Source: Chiloscyllium plagiosum | Taxonomy: Eukaryota | Direction of reading: 5' to 3' | Length of the DNA stretch: 64,000 nucleotides | Assembly (NCBI RefSeq): GCF_004010195.1 | Contig: NC_057735.1 | Coordinates: 11,013,371 to 11,077,370, forward strand | Shown: one piece after another, positions 13,501 to 22,508 of the stretch | Numbering within the stretch: position 1 is the first letter of the stretch | Layout of the letters: every line of letters starts with the position of its first letter | Notes under the pieces: model-generated | The model's database searches: none | What the model saw: the letters and a program-made list of their open reading frames with translations, nothing else | Told to the model about the DNA's origin: nothing | Program-made: the position numbers and the translations under genes

Positions 13501-16257
13501 GATCGCTCTTCCCAAAATTCCCATTGCATTTTTTTCTGCCCATAAAGCACCTGAAACTGAGGATAAATCATGTCAAACATTTGACGAGTAGAAAATGCTT
13601 AATACACAGAGACATATTTTAATTAGCTACATTCCATCCACCTCACGATGAGGACAACTGGTGTGGCTGGTGGCTCAGTGGTTAGCACTGCTGCCTCACA
13701 GCGCCAGGTACCTGGATTCGATTCCCACCTCGGGCAACTGTCTGTGTGGAGTTTGCACATTATCCCTGTGTCTGTGTGGGTTTCCTCCGGGTGCTCAGGT
13801 TTCCTCCCACAGTCCAAAGATGTGCAGGCCAGCTGAAATTGGCCATGCTGAATTGCCCATAGTGTTAGGTGCATTAGTCAGGGATAAATATAGGGTAGCA
13901 GTCTGGGTCGGTTACTCTTCAGAGGGTCGGTGTGGACTTGTTGGGCAGAAGGGCCTTTTCCACACTGTAGGGAATCTTGTCCCTTAACAGAGTCTCAGGG
14001 TGTTCCAAATTCCCAGGGAATGATTGAAACAGTCGGGATACTTTATTACACCACTGGTCGAGGCTAGCCACAATCTTGAAATTGGGTTTGTGCTGCCCGC
14101 TGTGGGCTCTGACTCCACCATGTGTGACATCATCGAAATGTTGCCCCCCCACCCCCCACCCACGGAGAGCAGCCTGAGTGACAGGCCTGGATTGGAGTCG
14201 GCTGGGGATCAGTGTGAAGGAGGGTACAGGTGCTGAAGAATCTTTACTCCGACCGGAGAAGGAGGGTTTAATCCAGGGAGGAGAGAGGGTGTGTGTAGAC
14301 TCATGGTGGGCTCAGGGGCTGCATTTTCAGGGCTCAACGTGTAGATACAACAGGTGACCCAGGCAAAATGATGAGAGACCTCAAGTGGGAAAGGAAGAGA
14401 ATTGAAGTTCAGCAAAGGATGGTTCATGAGGGGAGAGAGAGATCAATGTGCAGGATCTAGAGGGCAGTAAAGGTAGGATTATTTGTAATCACATATTGTT
14501 GTCATTGTATGGATAATAAAATAACAGAGCTAATTTACTGATTGTTCTGGATGAGATGCTTCATGGGAAAATGTTTAAATTGCTGCCATGTTTTGTCCTG
14601 GTTTGGAAGAGGAGCAGCCTGTTGATGACTGGATAGTCTTTACTTCAATAAATTTCTAATGAAAGGCTTATCCAGAAACGTCGACTCTTCTGCTCCTCGG
14701 GTTCTGCCTGACAGGCTGTGCTTTTCCAGTGCCACTATTTGTCTCTGATCTCCAGCATCTGCAGTCCACAATTTCTCCTTTCCTTCAATAGCTACCAGAC
14801 CTCCGGTCTCATTGAGAGAATAGCTGTTTGTGTGGGGAATGATTCTTGACTGAAACAACAGAATGGAATTGAAACGTAAAGTGGAGAGAAGAGAAAGGGA
14901 GACAGATACATGAATGTGGAAAGCTGATGGAAGTCAGGAGAAAGAGACCTTCTTGGAAAGAGGAAGCCTTGAAATAAAGGGGATTGTGAAACAGATGCAT
15001 GCTTCAGTTCTCTGTCTGTAAAGTACTCTGCATGAAATGAGTGGGCATAAACCACAACATGTTCCAGGCAGATTTGATCTCACAGAATTCACTGAGTTGC
15101 AGTCAAGGGTAATGCAACATTGGGAATTTTAATAATGTGTGTTTGACATTATCTTGACAAAATCTATCACAAAGAAGGAGAGGTGAAAATGTTGAACAAT
15201 AGGTTTATTGCAATGTTACATTGCAATGTTAAAATCAATGGGATTGAAAAAGCATAAATAACTTCTTGTGGGAGGAGAAATATAAACTAACCACCTATTT
15301 TTATGCTAAAGCCTCATTAGAAAATATTGAATTAATGGTTTTTGAAAGGAAAATAAATAATAAAAAATCAAAATTGTTTTGTTTGGGGACTTCTGACCAC
15401 CACTTTTTAGTCGATGTTGGACGTGAAGCAACATTAGAAGCTTGCAATAAATTAAAATAGGCTTTCATTTTAATTTTGCTGCTTACTCACTTCAACAAAA
15501 TTGTGTTGTTCTCTTTATTTCATTCCAAATTGTTAATGCACCTGTACATTATTTGTTTACTGTATTCCACGGTAGAATAATACTTTTAAAGAAGATACAA
15601 CATTCCCTTTAAATAACAAAGTCTTACATGAAAGCTAGTGTGCTTCCAATTAAACCTGTTGGACTATAACCTGGTGTTGTGTGATTTTTAACTTTACATA
15701 TTTAGAGTTGCATGAAGCAGACAAAGTACATGCTGTGTCTGTTTTCTGCAGCTTGTTCTTCCAGGAACAGGTCATTCCTCTGAGCCAGTTGCTGTAATGT
15801 GAGCGGTGTGACTCAGCATTGGATAAGGCTGATCTGGAACCTCACCCACTCTTACTCCCTGCCCTGTGCATTTTGGAAAGATTTGCAGGTTGTTTATGAA
15901 CCTGTTTGGCTTTGTGAGTATACACAATCCTTTGCAAAATGTGTTGGAGTGAGAATCGAACACTGAGCATTTGTCAGGGCAATAACAATGTTACTCACTG
16001 TGTCACAAGAGCTTCCTTTGTGCCTTTACATGTCTCCAAATATTGAAGCATTTCCACTGTATAAAGCATGGTGTGGAGGAGCCAGTGTTGGACTGGGGTG
16101 GACAAAGTTAAAAATCACACAACACCAGCTTATAGTGTGATTTTGTTTTACTGTATAAAGCAGAGAGTGGACTTCAACAAACATTGATTATCTGAATATA
16201 CAACTCGGATGGTCACTCACCAGGAATGGAACAAATGAAGAGAATCAAAGTCCACAT
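4368..16257 (-). CDS. Gene A: CD300/pIgR-like (CMRF35-like) activating-type receptor, 5 coding exons, 301 aa
   Basis: Exons 16221-16257, 13245-13556, 12788-13111, 8543-8636 and 4368-4506 total 906 nt. All introns are GT-AG with compatible phases (1,1,1,2), and there is no internal stop. Confidence 0.85.
4735..4990 (-). mobile_element. Interspersed SINE/LINE-tail repeat (related copies ~1220-1330, 33530-33690, 61700-62020)
   Basis: Recurrent motifs ggccagcat...cccatccctaattgccc and ggcagtttccttccctgaaggacat. Family not assigned. Confidence 0.6.
5690..8145 (-). mobile_element. CR1 LINE fragments (ORF2 RT/3' end plus an ORF1 esterase-like piece)
   Basis: ORFs with PQGSMLGPQLF...KFADDTK, YLDFKKAFDKV and LVRPHLEY. 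Multiple frameshifts. Confidence 0.9.
8543..8636 (-). CDS. Gene A stalk exon: (R)EEYFCDNSSTISPTTSRTTTTPSESKSVTK(S)
   Basis: Acceptor tctcaatag, donor gtaggc, 94 nt, phase 1 to 2. Ser/Thr-rich. Homologous to 23405-23501. Confidence 0.85.
9140..10200 (-). mobile_element. Penelope-like element (GIY-YIG endonuclease region plus terminal repeat)
   Basis: ORFs KQSFQVRQRFTC and CIHCTRCGLLYIAETKR. Terminal repeat with a CTGAAGA hammerhead-like core near 9205-9222. Confidence 0.8.
9299..9319. other. Assembly gap (21 N) in a G-rich tract
   Basis: Run of N flanked by poly-G. Confidence 1.
10325..12230 (-). mobile_element. CR1 LINE 3' portion with nested insertions
   Basis: RT motifs SGVPQGLVLG...KFTDDT and KSCLTNLIEFFEEV. 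3' tail near 10325. Confidence 0.9.
11134..11339. mobile_element. Foldback Penelope-derived non-autonomous element with 15-bp TSD
   Basis: TSD gcattccaaaagtag at 11119-11133 and 11340-11354. Internal inverted arms. Confidence 0.8.
12788..13111 (-). CDS. Gene A Ig C2-type (FCRL-like) domain exon
   Basis: EAVSVPGLQYLSQTNVSCSGGSVTVSCESAQGSLPIHYTW...YYCTASN...NCSYRIQTNSI. Acceptor tttcccacag, donor gtaagt, 324 nt. Confidence 0.92.
13245..13556 (-). CDS. Gene A Ig V-set domain exon (CD300/pIgR type)
   Basis: VSGALWAEK...GRAITISCHY...KYWCHGWTRQC...FLVTITNLQWGDAGWYSCG. Has the B-F Cys pair plus the C-C' Cys pair typical of CD300/pIgR/TREM. Confidence 0.95.
13665..13980 (+). mobile_element. tRNA-derived SINE (HE1/V-SINE-like)
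   Basis: A/B boxes and core as at 3434. Absent from the paralogous introns at ~29075 and ~45795. Confidence 0.85.
16221..16257 (-). CDS. Gene A signal-peptide exon MWTLILFICSIP
   Basis: ATG, hydrophobic core, phase-1 donor gtgagt. Joins to VSGALW of the V exon. Confidence 0.88.
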
Positions 16258-16355
16258 CGTTTTATTCACAAAGATCAGTTCAGTTCTTGATGTCAGTCTC
16301 TCAACTCTTGTTTCTCACATTGGAATAAGTGTATAACGCAACGTCTACAAGAATT

Positions 16356-16367
16356 GAAATGAGGAAG
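16356..16367 (+). promoter_or_regulatory. Putative PU.1/Ets-IRF composite site GAAATGAGGAAG in the gene A promoter
   Basis: About 100 bp upstream of the ATG. Identical at 31149-31160. Fits GAAANNNGGAA. Confidence 0.5.
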
Positions 16368-16699
16368 AGGATATAGGAAGGCAGTTTCTGAAACTACAGT
16401 GAGCCAGATGATGAAAGCTGACTCTGAAGGAATTAGTCTCTTGTCAGTGATTTTTAACAGAGGAACTAAATTACTTTTCATTGAATGAATAGAAAATTCT
16501 GAAATCAAGACAGTTTAAGAGTCAGCTGCTGTGGGTAATAGTGACCCAAGATCATCATTCAGACTGAAATCTCAGCTGCACTAGAAATGGTTCATTCTTC
16601 CACGTAAGCAACTTTTGACAAAGATTTTGCCAAAAATAGTTCTCTTCTATGAAAATTATTCCTGCAACTAACAATAGAGTTTTTATTAATATGTTGTCA

Positions 16700-18170
16700 T
16701 GGAGTCATGGCATACCACAATATGGAAAGAGACCCTTCAGTCCAACTTGTCCATACCCATAACGCCAAATAAAATGGGTCCCATCTGCTTGCACTGAGCC
16801 CAAAGCCTTCAATCATTTATTTATGCTCTTATCTAAATGCCTTTTAAATGTTGTAACTGTACCCACATCCACCACTTCCTCTGGAGGTTCATTCCCCATG
16901 TGCACCACTCTCTGTGAAGAAGTTTTCAAACATTCTCCTTTCAGCTTAGAAATATGGCCCTTCATCTTGAAATCCCTCCTCCAGGGAAAGGACACCCACC
17001 ATTCACTTCTTCTGTAAACCTCATTATTTTATAAAGCTCAATAAGGTCTACTCTCAACCTCCTATGCTCCATGGAAAAAAGTCCCAGCCTATCCAGCCTC
17101 TCCTTGTAATTCAAGCCCTCCATTCCCAGCAACTCCTGGTAAATTTCTTCTGAGTCCTCACCAGATTAATAATATTCTTCCTTTTATACAGAGACCAAAA
17201 CTGGATAAATCCTCCCAAAGAGGTCTCACCAATGTTCGGTTCAAATGCAAAAACAGTCCCAAATCCTATACTCCAATAAGGTCTGAGCAATAAAGCAAGC
17301 AAGCTAAATCCTTTCTTAACCGCCCTAACAACATGTGCTGCCAGCTCCAATTAATTATTAACCAGAACCCCTAGGTCTCTCTGTTCTACAACACTACCCA
17401 AAGCCTACTTTCAGTTGTGTAACTTTTTTTTGTTTTACCAAAATGCTATACCTCACATTTATCCAAACTAAACTCCATCTGCCACTCTTCAGCCCATTGA
17501 ACCAATTGTCCAAGCTGCCTTTGTAACCTTAAATAATTTCTTCACATTCCACTATACCACCAATCTTGGTGTCATCCACAAATGTACTAACCCTGCCTCC
17601 CATATTCATATCTAAACCTTTTGTATAAATGACCAACAAATGTGGACTCTGCCCTGATCCCTGTGGAACACCCCTTGTCATAGGTCTTGAGTGTGAAAAA
17701 CAATTCTCTATCAATCACGCTCTGTCTCCTGTCGTTCAGCTAATTTTGTATCCACTTGGCAAGCTCACCCTAAATCCATGTGATCTACCTTTACTAATTA
17801 GACTGCCATGCAGAATCTTGGGAAAGGCTTTACTCAAGTCCAAGTAAACAATATCTACTGTTCTGTCCTGATCAGTCTTCTTGATTACTTCCTCAACAAA
17901 CTCAGCCAAGTTTGTGAGACAGGATTTCTCTCGCACTAAACTGTGTTGACTATTCCTGATTATTCCTTGCCTCACCAAATGCTTTCTGAATCCTACCTTT
18001 CAGAATTACCTCCAACAACTTACCTCCCACCGAAGTTAAATTCTCAGGTGTGTACTTGCCAGGCTTCTCCTTACATCCCTTCTAAAACAAAGGCACAACA
18101 TTTGACACTTCCCAGTCATTCGATACCTCAACAGTATTTCTAATGATACAAATATGTCCGCAAGGGTCCC
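16700..18170 (-). mobile_element. Degraded CR1 LINE
   Basis: RT motifs GVPQGS, FVDDTKIGG and YLDLSKAF in fragmented ORFs. Confidence 0.85.
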
Positions 18171-19095
18171 TCGATGTCCCACTAATTTCCCACGATGTCC
18201 AGGTCTAGCACAATCCATCACTGTAGCCATTGGTGCTCATCAGTTGATGGGTTTCATAGAGATGTCATTGGCCAAGTTTTGAGAGGATACTCCTTGTCTC
18301 CCAGCAGCTATCCCTGTATGTCCGGAGACTCTTGGGAAGGAGCAGGACCCGGTGACCATTTAATATCTCAGTATTGTGGGACCTCCCAGTATATCGAAGA
18401 CATACCTCCAAAATCTGGCATCGATGGTCACATACAGTTTGAGCATTGATGGAATGGAAGCCTTTCCTGTTCCCAAGCTCTGCAAGTTGGTGATGGGTAC
18501 ATTCTGAAAACAATGTGGGTGCAGCTTCTGCAATCCTACACCTGGGGTGAACCAGTGATGGTGGGACATTCTCCTTCCTGGACTGAGTGTCTCTCCCTGT
18601 CACAACTCAGGGACAGACATGAATCGCTGTGATCCGGAGAAAATGGCATCAGAGACAGCTCGACTGCATTTGTGTGTCAGAGAGTGGGAGATACCACACA
18701 GCTGCTCAGTCACTCATTGAGAGTCTTTGATGTAGGGGAGAGTGGCTAGGGTTTCTGGACGTGTTTTGTCTGCTTGTCGGTGGACTGTGTTCATTGGGTA
18801 CCTTTTTTTTAGAATAGACAGTATAGGTGATTTTCCTCTGTTCTGTGTATTTCCTCTGTGCTGCAGTGTGTGTTGGCTCATTGAAATAATGTTCTGATAC
18901 AGCTTGATACAGTGTGATACAGGAAGTGACTTCACCACAGGAAATGACATCACCAACCTAAAGAAACACAAACATATAAATAGAAAGCAGGAATTATCAG
19001 CAGTGCTTCGCCTGAGGCCCACCAGGCCATACCGGGTAGGGTGAGAAATATCTGGAAATGAACCTTCCAGCTCAGCGAACAAACCTACATCCAAA
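18170..19095 (-). mobile_element. Penelope-like element fragments
   Basis: ORF ...KKRYPMNTV...RPETLATLPYIKD, typical of the PLE RT-endonuclease linker. Terminal-repeat-like 18940-19095. Confidence 0.7.
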
Positions 19096-20077
19096 ATGAG
19101 TGACATGTTGTTGAAGTGTAATTTGATGCCAGTGATAGGATTGACTCAGTGGATGCATGGTGGATGCAATTGCCCCTTCAAATTCATAGAATTTTACTCC
19201 TACCCCCCTTATCCTCCCTGTCCAAAGTATGAATAACTGACTCCACCCCCACTCTGCAATTGGGTGTCAGCCATTTTACACAGTTGTTGTGCAGTGACTG
19301 GGTCAGGATTGGTGAAGTGTCAACTGAGTGTCTTTGTGGCACAAACAGAAATTGCTGGAGAAATTCAGCAGGTCTGGGGACATCTGTGGGGAGAAAGCAA
19401 AGTTAATGTTTTGGATCCAGTGAACATTTTTCAAACTATTAGTAGGTTTGATAAGGTGCTCCATGTGCTGCAGACATGGGGCGTGCGGTGTTTCTGTGAA
19501 TTAACAGCAGACTCTGCCTGTGATGCAGAATGATCCTTCTTCCTCTCTTTACTGTTGCTGTCCCTGTGGATCCAATGATCTTTTGTCACCTCACCATTTC
19601 TGTTCATCCTCTCTCTATAGCCATTATGTCCCTAACTTCCCATCAGAGCCATGTCTTTGAGAACTGCAAAGCCCTTAAGGGCCCCAACCTTCCCCAACCT
19701 TGAAGGATAAAGTGACAGTGACCTGGGATAACCCACATCCTGTTGCTCTCTGACACCTCCTGTTCTGTGAGAACACCCGAAAGAGTAATTGTATGTTTTA
19801 TTTCCTCTTTAGACCAGATCAGATTCAGGTTTTTTTATTAAGTATTTGTTAATGCATGCTTGGGAGCTATACAGATCAAAAAATGGTGAATGTGTGAAAT
19901 CTTTAGGAGAGCAACAAAGATTTTATTCTATGCTGTTCTATCTTAACAGCATTGTCAGAATGACATTGACGTGGGATGGTGCCATAGAGCTATATGCCGA
20001 CCCCCTTTCTACTCAGTGCCTCCCATTATGACAAGCTGTCACTTTGAACTCTGAGGTAAAACACAATGCAGCTCCCA

Positions 20078-20340
20078 GAGACTGGCAGCCTGCAGCTTAC
20101 AGTGACAGGGCTCTGAGTTTAACTGCGATGGAAGCGCAGTGACTGGCAGCCTGCAGCTTACAGTGACAGGGCTCTGTGTTTAACTGCGATGGAAAGCACA
20201 GAGCCTGGCAGCCTGCAGCTTACAGTGACAGGGCTCTGTGTTTAACTGCGATGGAAAGCGCAGAGACTGGCAGTCTGCAGCTTACAGTGACAGGGCTCTG
20301 TGTTTAACTGTGATGAAAAGCACAGAGCCTGGCAGCCTAC
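20078..20340. repeat. Minisatellite, ~61-bp unit, about 4.3 copies
   Basis: Unit cagagactggcagcctgcagcttacagtgacagggctctgtgtttaactgcgatggaaagca. A single unit is present in the paralogue at ~34772-34850. Confidence 0.95.
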
Positions 20341-22417
20341 AAACTAGTGTCCCAGAGCTCCACATTCTACTGGTGTGAGAGCTGGACTGAGAGCAGGTCT
20401 GGTGATGAGGGGAAGGCTGACGGTTTGCCCATGATGACTTGAGTGGATATTGAGTGGAGGAGGATTGTCTCCAGGGGTTGTGCAGGGATATGGTGGTGAA
20501 GTCAGATGAAGTCTGGGTGAAGTTTGAGACAAGCAATCAGTGAGTAGCATTCACCAGCTAGCTGCTGTGATTAACACACTGGGAATTTGCACTGTCTCAT
20601 TTTTGGAGGCAAAGGAAGAATTGGGAAATTGTGAATAAATACTGAGTATTCGGTTAATAATGAGATCCAAATGCATGGACATAAGTTGGTCAGAACTCAG
20701 TCGTGAGATTCTGAAGTTGCCATTTATACACTTGAAGAGAAAATTGGAAAATCATTTCTCGATAAGAAATTCTTTGTGTATTTTCCCAACTTCTTGGAAT
20801 TTTCCACATCGTTCTAGGAAGAGAAAAAAACCGACCCATCTCCCTCTTTCTCTGTGAGAGTCTCCCATTCTCGTTAAAAGTGGATATTGCTCTATCCCAT
20901 AGAAAAGTGGGAGGTATCATTGGAGACACCGTTTCTAGTGAATGAGTAATGCAAATTGCTTATTTCTTAAAGAAAGAGACTCCTATTGACATACATCATG
21001 ACAAAATAAAATGAAGTATAAATCTGCAATGTTGTATTGCACAAACAAATTTTAATCAATGTAGATATTCAAAGTAGTGGTTCCAGTGATCATTTCAGTC
21101 GCTGGTTCCTCTTCCACTCCATTAATGGAAAATTATTTTCTGACAAAATGTCATTTCTCATACAGAATTAAGAAATGAAATGTGCAATGTGAGACAGATA
21201 ATGAATATTCAAACAAGATGCAAAATTCCAGCCGGTGTCAAAGGAGCAGAAAGTCTTCATTTTCCCACATTCGTCAAGGTGAGAGCATCAGATTCAATGA
21301 GTAACTGGAAAGAAATATCAGATACATTGAGACAGAGAGCGATGCCTTATTGGTCATGTTAGTTTTGAATTAAAGTCTGGACATGGCAATGAACTGAGCA
21401 AAGCTCGAGATGAACTGGAGCTATGTCCAGATCACACTCCTCCTTCCCCATCACCTATTGCACATGTGCTGGGAAAATAATCCAGAACAATTCCACTTAA
21501 AGACGTCACACATTATTTTATCACAGAGAGTTAACGTTTCCCTGCAGTTAAGCTGGTGAGCAGTTGACCGCAGAAGTAGGTTAAGACATACAACACAGCG
21601 GCAATTACAGTCCAATCAACATCAAGTTTGATCAGGTATTCAGTGAGATCAGGGGTGATCTGATAATCTTCAATCTCACTTTTCTGCCTGTTCCCCATCA
21701 TCATGATTTGCTGACTGATTAAACACCAGACTATCTCAGCCTTGAGTGCACTTAATGGCACAGCCTCATCAATCCACTTTGGTAACTAATTCTGTAGATT
21801 CACAATCACCTTAGAGATATAAATTCTCCTCATCTCAGTCTGAAATGTATGATCCCTTGATCTGAGATGATGCCGTCTGGTCCTAGACACACCCCGTCAA
21901 GTCCTCTCCTCAGAAAATAGTCCCTCCATACCTTAGATCAGCCTATTGTCCAGCCTTGATCCCTCCTCAGGACATAAAAGATTGAGGATGCTCTGTACAA
22001 TACCATTATACAATGTTTTTGAAATACGGTCATGGAGAGAGATGAGGCAGGATCAGAGTTGGCCATTCTGACCCTCAAGCTCCTTCAGTATTCACCTGGA
22101 TCATTGCAGATCATCTCCCTGAATATCATTTTTCTTGCACTAACCCCAAGTCCCTCCATATCTTCATTACCCAGAACATTATTGATCTCTGTTTTGAATA
22201 TACTCAAGGCTGGTCCCTCCAGAGCTCTCTGGGGCAGAGAATTCCAACAAACCATCACCCTCTGAGTGAAGAAATTCCTGCTCATCTCAGTCCCAAATGG
22301 TCAACCCATTCTTCTCAAACTGTGTCACCTGCTTCGAAACCCCTCCACCCAGGGCCACCTCATTGATGGGGAACTTAGAGTGCTCAAAATCATTCGTGTA
22401 AAGGCCATGATGCTCAC

Positions 22418-22508
22418 CTAATGTTTTCGTGTAAACATTGTGACTGAAACAGAACAAATCACCAGGAGAGTGAAGAGTACCCAGCGTATCACATCCCAGA
22501 CAACGTAA
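22418..22508 (-). CDS. Gene B TM/tail exon YVVWDVIRWVLFTLLVICSVSVTMFTRKH*
   Basis: Phase-2 acceptor. The TAG is followed directly by the donor-like gtgagc. Confidence 0.88.

Noticed and set aside
13222-13556. Rearranging Ig/TCR V gene segment
   Set aside because: The exon encodes the full domain including the G strand, ends in a splice donor and has no RSS. It has the CD300-type second disulfide.
20078-20340. CRISPR-like array or RSS array (tacagtg/cacagag heptamer-like words)
   Set aside because: Units are contiguous without unique spacers, the DNA is eukaryotic, and no nonamer lies at 12/23-bp spacing.
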